NCBI RefSeq assembly: GCF_002075285.3
Contig: NZ_CP021983.2
Location: 4,800,001-4,832,000, forward strand
Reading direction: 5' to 3'
DNA length: 32,000 nt
Source: Halomicronema hongdechloris C2206
Lineage (GTDB): Bacteria; Cyanobacteriota; Cyanobacteriia; Phormidesmidales; Phormidesmidaceae
Both the position numbers and the translations under genes were made by a program. This document shows, one piece after another, positions 10,033 to 18,530 of the stretch. Numbering within the stretch: position 1 is the first letter of the stretch; each line of letters begins with the position of its first letter. The notes under the pieces are model-generated. The model saw nothing but the letters and a program-made list of their open reading frames with translations, was not told where the DNA came from and searched no databases.

Positions 10033-10180
10033 CACTCTGCGAGAAGCGAGCTACCCGTTGGTCGGAATGACACGGAGTAATTGAGCCTGTCTACTTGGTT
10101 GGCTCGATCAACTGTGCCCTAGGCTGGCTGGCCAACACTATATGATAGGCAGTAGATTGAAAGTCTTGTATTTCGTTGTC

Positions 10181-10420
10181 ATGCCAGTCACCAGCGAAGC
10201 TCTAAAGCGGGATCTCGATCAACTCATCACCAGCGCACAACTTGCTGAAGTTGCTGACTTCATTGCCTTCCTCAGATTTAGAGATAGACGCCGCCATATC
10301 ACGCTTGATCCAGCTCAATTATCGGCCCTTGCAACCGAATTTGCAGAAGAAGACCATAGTCTTGCCGAGGCTGGAATGGATGATTACTCAGCAATGCTTG
10401 CCCAGGAAGATTGGCAATGA
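10181..10420 (+). CDS. Putative type II antitoxin with DUF2281-like N-terminus and acidic C-terminus
   Basis: MPVTSEALKRDLDQL..AQLAEVADFIAFLRFRD...EEDHSLAEAGMDDYSAMLAQEDWQ. Its stop overlaps the ATG of the downstream MazF-like ORF (ATGA). I prefer the start at the ATG at 10181. Confidence 0.5.
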   Translation: MPVTSEALKRDLDQLITSAQLAEVADFIAFLRFRDRRRHITLDPAQLSALATEFAEEDHSLAEAGMDDYSAMLAQEDWQ

Positions 10421-10578
10421 CCGATCGGCTGAAACGTGGAGACGTTTGGTTAGCCAACCTTAACCCCACGCAGGGCTCTGAGCAAGCGGGTATTCGCCCT
10501 GTCATCATTTTTCAGGGCGTGTTTGGCCAGACCCTGACGTTTTTCATCGGGGTTGGGGCCACTGCCGGCGGTAGCTAG
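10417..10578 (+). pseudogene. Truncated MazF/PemK-family toxin (only the first ~33 aa are conserved)
   Basis: MTDRLKRGDVWLANLNPTQGSEQAGIRPVIIFQ is the canonical PemK/MazF N-terminus. It then diverges (GVFGQTLTFFIGVGATAGGS*) and stops at 53 aa, whereas the family is ~110 aa. Confidence 0.7.
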
Positions 10579-10638
10579 CCGGGAAATCGCCCCAGGGCTT
10601 CGCCTTTTTTGTCGCTGAGTCAGGTCACAATTACGCGA

Positions 10639-13600
10639 TCACTCTGCCTCGCCGATCAGGGTAAACGCCGCCCAGTCTTTGGGATCGGGATGCTCTTGCA
10701 TCACAGCCAACATGGCCTGCCGCAAGGCCTGGGCTTTCGTGTGTCCCTGAGACAATTGACGATAGAACTCCGTCATTAACTCAGCTGTGGGGGCATCGGG
10801 CACTGCCCACAGAGACACCAGAATGCTGGGCACCCCTGCTGCTACGAAGGACCGGGATAGGCCAATCACCCCATCACCCGTGATGCGGCCCCGTCCAGTG
10901 TCACAGGCACTGAGCACCACCAGATCCGCCTGCAAGTCCATCTGCAGGATCTCGCGGGACGTGAGTAATCCATCTTCGCCGTTGCCAGGGGCCAGGGCAA
11001 TGGCCCCAGGAGTATCACGGGTGCCAGTTTCTCGCGGATCGCCGTATTCCAGCAGGCCATGGGTGGCCAGGTGTATTAGGTCTGCCCCGGCCAGTTGGCG
11101 TTTCACGGCGGCTTCAGTGGCCTGATTACCGATCAAGGCAGGCGCTTGCAAGAAGTCAGCAATGGCTTCAGCCTCCCGCTGTGCCCCAGATAGCGGCCTC
11201 AGGCGCACGTCCTCAAAGCTGCCGTTGTCACTGAGGAAGGTGACGGTGGGCATGGTGGGATTGCCCACGATCACAGGATTATCAACAGATGAATCGCGGC
11301 TCTCGGCAATGTCTCTAGTCAGTTGCAACACCTGAATCGAAGGCGCGGTGAGAATGGTGTGGTGTTCGATCAAATAATCACCATTGGCGTCTTTCAGCGC
11401 CGGAAAGGGCACCAGGAAGAGTTCGCCCTGCGGAATAAAGACAACAGGCTGATTAGGATCCGTCGGCAGCAGATCTGCAATCGGCTCAATCAGCAGATTG
11501 TACAGTTGGGAAAGCTTTTGGTCAGTTTCAGCCCGCAGCTGGGCCAGGCGTTCGGGGGTATACTCGACGTTGATCGCAGCAGAGGTGCGATCGCCCCGCA
11601 CCCCGATTGCTTGCCGCGTATCGGTCACAAGATTGCCTAGATCAATGTCGGTCAGGGGGTGTTGGCGAAATGCGATCGTGCCGTCAGACGAGATAACCCA
11701 GACGTAGAGAACCCAAGACTTATCATCCAAGAAACGAATTAAAGAGTACTCGACCACGGTGACTTGCTGTTGTGTGGCAAAAGTCTTGATTTCCTCTAAG
11801 CTCACAGACCTTTCAACGGTCGCAGACTCTTCAGTCACCAACTGTTTAGTTAGAATTTCGGAGAGAGCTTGTGCTCGTCCTCGCTCAGCCACAGTTAGAG
11901 CAGGCTCGTATTTTTCTTGTTCTACGAATGCTTGTTGCAATCTCTGAAAAGCCAGTTGCTGAGTCTCAAATATAGAAATTTTGTCCGTGTCAGTCAGGTC
12001 AGCAGATCGTAGAGAATCTAAGATGTCAACTGCTGAAGTTAGAGCTGCTTCTGCCAGACTAGCCTGCTGATTAGTCAAATATATAGAGCCTATATTGCTT
12101 AATGAAAGGGCTTCACTATTGCGATCGCCAATTGCACGGTCAATCTCTAGAGATTGCTGATAAAGTTCAATAGCGCGTTCATATCGATATAGACCCAGAT
12201 TACCAGAAGCCAAGGTTTTGAGAGATGCACTTTCCGTCGTAGGATCATCTGTCTGGCGAGCAACTTCTAGAGCTTGCTCGCTTAATTCTATTACCTTTTC
12301 ATGGTCACCCAGAATCGAATAAACTGTAGCCAAGTTTCCTAACGCATTAGCCTCTCCAACACGATTGCTGACTTCGCGTGCGATGCTCACATGTTTCTCA
12401 TAAAAACCAATTGCTTGCTGGTACTGCTCCCAATTTCTATATATGTTAGCTAGATTTCCTAGCATAGCTCCCTCACCTTGGCGATGCCCAATTTCACGAG
12501 CGATGGCCAAAGACTCTTGATAAAAATCAAAGGCTTTCTGGTTATTACCTAATCTCATATAGACGCTGCCTAAGTTTCCCAGAAATAGTGCCTGCCACTG
12601 AAGCTCATTATTTCTGCGAGCAATCTCTAACCCTCGTTGATTGAGTTCTATTGCCTGCGGATAGTAACCTAATCTAGTGTATGCTTCGCTAAAGACACTA
12701 AGAGACTCTGGGCTCGTGAACGCTTGTCTATTTTGATTTAGAATCAGTAGAGTTTCTTCAGTTAGCTTGACAGCTTGCTGGTAATTGCCTGTCCTCTCAT
12801 AAAGGGTACTCAGATTGCCTAGAGCAGAAACTTGGCCAGCCAGGTTGCCAATGTCGCGATTAATGGCGAGTTGTTGTTGATAGTATTCGATGGCTCGCTG
12901 ATATTGACCTAAACCATAGTAGGTGCTCCCTAGATTTCCTAGAGCAGCTGATTCCCCAAGGCGATCGCCAACTTCTCTAAAGATCACTGAGGCTTGCTGA
13001 TGTAACTCCGCAGAAAGCTCATAATCAGCAAGACGGTGATAGATAATTCCCAAGTTATTTAGCGCGTTGCCTTGGGTCGAAAGATCACCAATCTCCTGGG
13101 CAATTGCTAATGATTGCTCATGTAAATCAATGGCACGATCGCGTTGACCTAAGGCTGAGTAGCTATTGCCTAAGCTACCCAGTGCAGTCGCCTCACCTAG
13201 ACGATTGTTAACCTCGCGCGCAACCTCTAAAGACCGTTGCTGGAAATCGATAGCTCTCTCATACCACGCTAAATCATAGTAGGCATCACCTATATTTCCG
13301 AGGGAGGCTCCCTCACCTTGGCGATTACCGACTTCACGGGCAATTTCTACGGACTGCTGATAGAACTCGATAGCACTTTCATATTGGCTCAGGCGAGAGT
13401 AAACGAGGCCCAAACCATTCAGCACAGCCGCTTCACCCCAGCGATCACCGACTGCATGTCTAATTGCTAAGGATTCCTGGTAATAGTTAATTGCTTGCTC
13501 ATATTGACTTAGGGATAGGTAAGCATTGCCCAAATCTTCTAGAATGCGACCTTGTTCAGCACGATCATCGAGTGCATCGAGAACAATCAGAGCTTCTTCG

Positions 13601-14904
13601 TAGAAATCAATTGCTTGTTCATAGTCTTCTTGCTCAGCGAGAAACTCACCCAACCCTACTAAAATTCGCCCCTCTTGAATGTGATATCCAATTTCACGAG
13701 CAATAGTCAGGGATTCCTGCAAAGCATTGATAGCCTGTTCCTTCTCGCCAAGCTGAATGTAGGCATTTCCCAAATATCCGAAGGCTAAACTTTGCTTGTC
13801 ACGTTCTCCAAGTTCGCGGGCTATCGCTAGACGTTCCTCAAAGAGTTCGATCGCTCGTTCATGTTGGCCTAAACCATCGTAAGCAAGCCCTAAATTACCC
13901 AGGCCAGAGCCTTCACCAGAGCGATCGCCAATCTCGCGGGCAATGTCTATCCGTTGCTGTAAAACCTCGATCGCCTGCTCGTATTGCCCCGACTCCCGAT
14001 AGGCAATACCCAAATTCCCTAAAGCACGCCCTTCCTGGAAGCGATCCTCGAGTTCCTGCAAGATGGGGATTTGTTGCTGAAATAGGGCGATCGCCCGCTC
14101 ATATTGACCCAGTTCCCGATAGGCAACTGCCAACCCCCCCAGAGCCCCCTGTTCCCGAGTTAGTCGAACTACCCTATCTTCTGGCGAAACATTTCCTTCG
14201 CCGATCAAAGTTAGCACTTGTTCAAACAGGCTAATTGCGTTCTCAAATTGGCCCAGTGAATTGTGAGCTAACCCCAAATTCAACAAAATGATAGCTTCAC
14301 CATTGCGATCGCCCATTTCCCGATAAAGGGTCAACGCCTGTTCATAGAACCGAATCGCGGTTTCAAACTGACCTTGTCGGGCTTGGGTGTAGCCTCGATC
14401 CAGGAGTCGATCGGCTTCGGTTTCTGATCCGGATACCTCTTGGACACTCGCAACCCTGAATTGATAGTCACCCTCGCCCGGCACCTCAGTAGCAGTAATC
14501 CGCAATATATAACGCCCGTTACGAGGGAGTTGCCGCGTGAGGGACACGGTCCCTGCTTCCCCAGTTTGGCGACCAATTACTTCACCTGTTGTCTCATCTA
14601 CGAGAGAAATAACCGGAACAAACGCTTCACTTGTGACTGTAATTCGTATGGTTTCCTCCGCGTCTCCCTCGAAACTGTAGGAATCAAATCGGCGATCTGT
14701 ATCGCTGAAGATTTGGTCTCCTGCCTCTAAGACACCACTGCTGGGATTATCTTGATCTGATGAGGATTGAGCCTGCTTGAGTTGAGTGATGCTACCTAGA
14801 GATTCAATCTCGTGAGACTTGAGTGCTAATGCTGCAGTCTGAGTGGCAGGCAGACTAAAAGTTGTAGCCGCTAGCAGACTTAGCAATTTAGTAATTTGAC
14901 GCAT
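10639..14904 (-). CDS. Exported TPR-repeat / CHAT-domain (caspase-like) protein, 1421 aa
   Basis: Signal peptide MRQITKLLSLLAATTFSLPATQTAALA, then a PPC-like beta domain (RFDSYSFEGDAEETIRITV...GRYILRITA). About 20 forty-residue TPR units follow (GNLGxAYxxLGQYEQAIExxQQSLxIAREIGDRxGE). The C-terminal CHAT domain has the His/Cys dyad contexts IHLATHG and VVLSACDTG (Cys codon 10903-10905). Confidence 0.9.
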   Translation of the reverse strand: MRQITKLLSLLAATTFSLPATQTAALALKSHEIESLGSITQLKQAQSSSDQDNPSSGVLEAGDQIFSDTDRRFDSYSFEGDAEETIRITVTSEAFVPVISLVDETTGEVIGRQTGEAGTVSLTRQLPRNGRYILRITATEVPGEGDYQFRVASVQEVSGSETEADRLLDRGYTQARQGQFETAIRFYEQALTLYREMGDRNGEAIILLNLGLAHNSLGQFENAISLFEQVLTLIGEGNVSPEDRVVRLTREQGALGGLAVAYRELGQYERAIALFQQQIPILQELEDRFQEGRALGNLGIAYRESGQYEQAIEVLQQRIDIAREIGDRSGEGSGLGNLGLAYDGLGQHERAIELFEERLAIARELGERDKQSLAFGYLGNAYIQLGEKEQAINALQESLTIAREIGYHIQEGRILVGLGEFLAEQEDYEQAIDFYEEALIVLDALDDRAEQGRILEDLGNAYLSLSQYEQAINYYQESLAIRHAVGDRWGEAAVLNGLGLVYSRLSQYESAIEFYQQSVEIAREVGNRQGEGASLGNIGDAYYDLAWYERAIDFQQRSLEVAREVNNRLGEATALGSLGNSYSALGQRDRAIDLHEQSLAIAQEIGDLSTQGNALNNLGIIYHRLADYELSAELHQQASVIFREVGDRLGESAALGNLGSTYYGLGQYQRAIEYYQQQLAINRDIGNLAGQVSALGNLSTLYERTGNYQQAVKLTEETLLILNQNRQAFTSPESLSVFSEAYTRLGYYPQAIELNQRGLEIARRNNELQWQALFLGNLGSVYMRLGNNQKAFDFYQESLAIAREIGHRQGEGAMLGNLANIYRNWEQYQQAIGFYEKHVSIAREVSNRVGEANALGNLATVYSILGDHEKVIELSEQALEVARQTDDPTTESASLKTLASGNLGLYRYERAIELYQQSLEIDRAIGDRNSEALSLSNIGSIYLTNQQASLAEAALTSAVDILDSLRSADLTDTDKISIFETQQLAFQRLQQAFVEQEKYEPALTVAERGRAQALSEILTKQLVTEESATVERSVSLEEIKTFATQQQVTVVEYSLIRFLDDKSWVLYVWVISSDGTIAFRQHPLTDIDLGNLVTDTRQAIGVRGDRTSAAINVEYTPERLAQLRAETDQKLSQLYNLLIEPIADLLPTDPNQPVVFIPQGELFLVPFPALKDANGDYLIEHHTILTAPSIQVLQLTRDIAESRDSSVDNPVIVGNPTMPTVTFLSDNGSFEDVRLRPLSGAQREAEAIADFLQAPALIGNQATEAAVKRQLAGADLIHLATHGLLEYGDPRETGTRDTPGAIALAPGNGEDGLLTSREILQMDLQADLVVLSACDTGRGRITGDGVIGLSRSFVAAGVPSILVSLWAVPDAPTAELMTEFYRQLSQGHTKAQALRQAMLAVMQEHPDPKDWAAFTLIGEAE

Positions 14905-15224
14905 TGGCGATAGGTTCTACCGAATAGGGCAATGTCACTCTCTTGGTATTTCTGGAAGCCATGAGCTTATTCAAAGGAGTACTGATCGAACAGAGGAACA
15001 GCTTTAGGGGCTAATCCTGCAAGAATGCCCTGCTCACGGCCGGCCCAGGAACACTACGATTCATAGATATTGACCACTCTAGTCGACCTTGAGCCATGGC
15101 TGTCACGCTGAATCAGCTCAAGGCTCCTACAGCATTTCCTTGCTGGGTGAGGTATAGCCTACCTTCTGATATCAGTGGTTTCATGGTCATCCGTGTACCT
15201 CACTAGCTTCAAAAACGCTGTATC

Positions 15225-15500
15225 TTGGTGGATGCGATGACCTGGCGAGAATTCAAAGCCGTGGAGCAGCTGCTCGACCGCCCTGGCATGCGGCTGTCTT
15301 TCTTAGATGGGGTGTTAGAGATTCGGCCAATGCCCGGTGAGCAGCATGAAACCATCAAAGAACGAATTGGGGCGCTGCTTGAGTTTTACTTGCTGCACCT
15401 CGGCATAGACTATACGCCGACGGGCTCCATGACCCTGGAAAATGAGTCAGGCCTAGTGAAGTGTGAGGCCGATAAGTCTTATAAACTGGGCGAAAAATAA
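15225..15500 (+). pseudogene. Uma2 family endonuclease, N-terminal fragment only
   Basis: MTWREFKAVEQLLDRPGMRLSFLDGVLEIRPMPGEQHETIKERIGALLEFYL matches the N-terminal half of short Uma2 proteins. It stops at 91 aa, before the PD-(D/E)xK core. Confidence 0.6.
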
Positions 15501-15535
15501 ATGTCCTCTAACATAGGCCGGAATTGAGGTTAACT

Positions 15536-16426
15536 ATGGTTCCGATCACCCGCAAACCCCAGCTAGAGCAGACGGATCCGCCGCGGTCGCCGCGGGAGAC
15601 CCTACCGACGATGTATGACTTGCCCAGTGAGCATCCCGAGGAGCCTGGTTTGCCCGACGTTGGCGCCAGCCCGTCGCGAGACGTATTTCATGATTTACAG
15701 CCCCAACTCCTCAGCCGCACCCTACGCCTGCAGCAGGTGGCCCAAGGCAACTATCTCACAGCCTCTGACCTCAACCTCTATTACGACGTCAACCATCCCC
15801 TCTGGTACAAACGCCCCGATTGGTTCCTAGCCATCCATGTGCCGCGACTGTATGACGGTAAAGATCTGCGTCGCAGCTATGTGGTCTGGCAAGAGGGCCG
15901 CAGTCCCTACGTGGCGATTGAGTTCCTGTCTCCGGGGACGGAACGGGAGGATCTAGGCCGTTTCTATGGAAATAGTGCGTCAGAAGCGATGATGCCTGCC
16001 CCAACATCGGTTCTGAATCAAGACGCTGACCCAGATGCCGCCCACCCGTCCGCTAAGTTGGAGGTCTATGAGCGTTATTTGCGCATCCCTCACTACCTGG
16101 TGTATGAGCGCCACTCCCAGCAGTTGCGCTACTTCAAGCTGGATGGCGGCCAGTATCAGGAACAGGCCCTCAATCCCAAGAATCCCAGGGTATGGCTAGG
16201 GGATTTGCAGATTGGCCTGGGAATTTGGCAGGGCGAGTTCGAAGGGGTGCTTGGGCATTGGTTGCGTTGGTGCGACGGCAACGGCACCTGGCTGCTCACC
16301 GATGCCGAACAGGCTCAGGCTCAATTGTTGCAAGCCGCCCACAATCTACTGGCTACTGGGATGGAGCTGGAAACGGTTGCGCAGCTGTTGAATCTTTCGG
16401 AGCAACAGTTGCAGGTATTGCGGTGA
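15536..16426 (+). CDS. Uma2 (DUF820) family putative endonuclease
   Basis: QTDPPRSPRETLPTMYDLPSEHPEEPGLPD is nearly identical to the motif in 6581..7342. Also present are YVAIEFLSPGTEREDL and HWLRWCDGNGTWLLTDAEQA. The ATG at 15536 has GAGG 6 nt upstream; the track starts at a TTG at 15524. Confidence 0.8.
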   Translation: MVPITRKPQLEQTDPPRSPRETLPTMYDLPSEHPEEPGLPDVGASPSRDVFHDLQPQLLSRTLRLQQVAQGNYLTASDLNLYYDVNHPLWYKRPDWFLAIHVPRLYDGKDLRRSYVVWQEGRSPYVAIEFLSPGTEREDLGRFYGNSASEAMMPAPTSVLNQDADPDAAHPSAKLEVYERYLRIPHYLVYERHSQQLRYFKLDGGQYQEQALNPKNPRVWLGDLQIGLGIWQGEFEGVLGHWLRWCDGNGTWLLTDAEQAQAQLLQAAHNLLATGMELETVAQLLNLSEQQLQVLR

Positions 16427-16442
16427 CGGATTAGTTGAGTGC

Positions 16443-16823
16443 TCATACGTCAATACCTTCATTGTTGATCCGTTCGCGAAGCTTGATGTGACATCGGGTT
16501 GGGTCGATCAAATCCACCTTAAATTCAGGATTAAATTCGTCTACGGCTAACGCTGCTGCAAAGTATCTCGCGCTGGGAATACCCCATACGGCTAAGTCAA
16601 TATCAGATTCCGCTGAAAAATACGCGGCATTGATTGCAGACCCAAACACCTTAATTTGTTGAGCACCAAAGTCTTCCCGTAGTCGCCTCACCAATTCAGG
16701 AATGAGTTGCCAGGCCCGATACCAACGTGCTTCGATCTCTGGTGTAATGGGGCGTTCAGGCAACCTGTACTGTTTCCATTCATCGGGGCTTAGATCCAAT
16801 GCAGTTTTAGCCATAAGTTTCAT
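16443..16823 (-). CDS. Nucleotidyltransferase-domain protein (MNT-like), with no HEPN partner visible
   Basis: KVFGSAINAAYFSAESDIDLAVWGI carries the GS...D.D Pol-beta NTase motif, and VDLIDP follows. I prefer the ATG at 16823 (GAGGGA upstream). Only 16 nt separate its stop from the convergent gene. Confidence 0.75.
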   Translation of the reverse strand: MKLMAKTALDLSPDEWKQYRLPERPITPEIEARWYRAWQLIPELVRRLREDFGAQQIKVFGSAINAAYFSAESDIDLAVWGIPSARYFAAALAVDEFNPEFKVDLIDPTRCHIKLRERINNEGIDV

Positions 16824-16842
16824 CCTATCCCTCACCAGAAGC

Positions 16843-17594
16843 TCATTTTGCCAGTTGTTCCTCAACCACAGCTACCGATAGCTGCAAGGCGGTGGCAATC
16901 TGCTCCACCGAGAGGCCCATCTGGTGCAGTTGGTCGATCGCCTCCAGGCGAGCTTGCCGTTCCTGTTGAGCTCGTTCCTCAGCCGATAAATAACGCTGGC
17001 CGTGCTGATTAAACCAGGACAGAATTTCACGGTCGATGCCACCGACCACACCTCGGCTGCGTCCCACAGCCAGCCCCACTTCAGGCATCCAATAGGGCTC
17101 TCCCAGCTGCAACTGATAGCGTCCCTCGATCAACTGATACAGTTCGAAGGGCTGATGGCGATCCCGTTGCCAATGCTCTGGGTTGTAGACCAGGTAGTAG
17201 AGGACCCCGAGCTTTTCGTAAAAAGCCAGCTTAGTGTCATACTCGCCCCCCGGCGTCCAAGACACGATATTTCCAGCACCCACGTGGGGACGATATCGTC
17301 TTCTTCCCAAACGACGTAACTCTTGCGAGATGTATTGCCCGACTTGCGCCGGGGCACTCCCAGGCTTAAAAAGCCATCCGGCACCACCGGTACCTTAGGA
17401 CTAACCCCAGTGGTGTGATAGATACCCATGTCCACGCCGAAGAACCAATCATCCCGGTCTTTCCAGATCAGCTCCAGCAGAAAGAGCAGGTAATTGGGCA
17501 AGAAGTTTTGATCCTCATTATCCACAGGAGTATCGTCTGAACAGGGTAGTTCGTCACTGCTGGGTAGGTTCTGGTCAAGGTCGGTGTGAACCAT
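16843..17594 (-). pseudogene. Uma2 family endonuclease, frameshifted
   Basis: ORF 17130..17594 gives ...RKSYVVWEEDDIVPTWVLEI. ORF 16843..17310 continues with (N)IVSWTPGGEYDTKLAFYEKLGVLYYLVYNPE. The break is around 17266-17274 and is consistent with one missing nucleotide. Confidence 0.8.
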
Positions 17595-17997
17595 AGGACT
17601 AGCGCCAGGGTTAGCGTGGCTTCATCATAATTCAAGTCTAGGGATTGCTGGCGTCTGCTGCCATGCCAGGTGGCCAATCGGTACTGTGCTTGAGTCAAGC
17701 CGCCAGATATAGCGGCAGCCATCATGGTTAAGACACCGTTCGGCTTGAGCTTGTCGTTGGCATCGCCTCCCCAGCGGGGAAAGCCATAACGTCGCGCTAA
17801 CGCCACAGTAATGCCCTTCGACTCCGCTCAGGGTGACCGAAATGTCCTAAGCAAAGTGACCACAGCTATACCTAGCCTGCCTGACTTCTAGCGATTAGGC
17901 CACACCCTGAGATTGCAGTTTCGCCCGGCCTATGGCTTAATGCCTGAGTACCCCAGACATCTCCTGGTGAGATCGTCTTTACCTATCTCCTGTGGCC

Positions 17998-18522
17998 ATG
18001 ACTGACTCGACCAATCCCCAAGTCTTCTTCGACATCACCATCGGTGGCCAACCGGCCGGCCGCATCGTGATAGAATTGCGGACCGATGTGACGCCCCAGA
18101 CCGCTGAGAACTTCCGCGCCCTCTGCACGGGAGAGCAGGGCACGGGAGCCTCGGGCAAGCCCTTGCATTTCAAGGGATCCTCCTTTCACCGCATCATTCC
18201 CGACTTCATGTGCCAGGGGGGTGACTTTACCCGCGGCAATGGCACCGGCGGCGAGTCGATCTATGGCCGCACCTTCGCCGATGAGAATTTCGAGTTAAAG
18301 CACACCGGGCCGGGAATCTTGAGCATGGCCAATGCCGGTCCGGGCACCAATGGCTCCCAATTTTTCCTCACCACCGTGGCCACCCCTTGGCTGGATGGCA
18401 AGCATGTGGTCTTCGGCCACGTGGTCGAGGGCATGGATGTGGTCAAGCGCATGGAAGCGGTGGGTAGCAGCAGCGGCAAACCCAGGCAACCGGTGGTGAT
18501 TGCCGACTGCGGCCAGCTCTAA
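17998..18522 (+). CDS. Cyclophilin-type peptidyl-prolyl isomerase, eukaryote (plant)-like with divergent-loop insert
   Basis: [19 protein letters not shown]...[55 protein letters not shown]...[22 protein letters not shown]...[10 protein letters not shown]...[20 protein letters not shown] chose the ATG at 17998; the track uses a GTG at 17992. Confidence 0.93.
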   Translation: MTDSTNPQVFFDITIGGQPAGRIVIELRTDVTPQTAENFRALCTGEQGTGASGKPLHFKGSSFHRIIPDFMCQGGDFTRGNGTGGESIYGRTFADENFELKHTGPGILSMANAGPGTNGSQFFLTTVATPWLDGKHVVFGHVVEGMDVVKRMEAVGSSSGKPRQPVVIADCGQL

Positions 18523-18530
18523 GGCACAGC

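Noticed and set aside
10787-11707. Plus-strand ORFs of 62-112 aa inside the CHAT gene
   Set aside because: They are antisense shadow ORFs within the confidently called 1421-aa gene.
14961-15205. Tiny ORFs (17-37 aa) in the 320-nt gap upstream of the CHAT gene
   Set aside because: They have no ribosome-binding sites or recognisable peptides. The gap more likely holds the divergent promoters.
17468-17806. 112-aa minus-strand ORF (GTG start) upstream of, and overlapping, the Uma2 gene
   Set aside because: Its 3' half overlaps the Uma2 N-terminus in another frame. The 5' part (ARRYGFPRWGGDANDKLKPNGVLTMM) vaguely recalls a methyltransferase fragment, but I cannot support a family assignment or a gene boundary.
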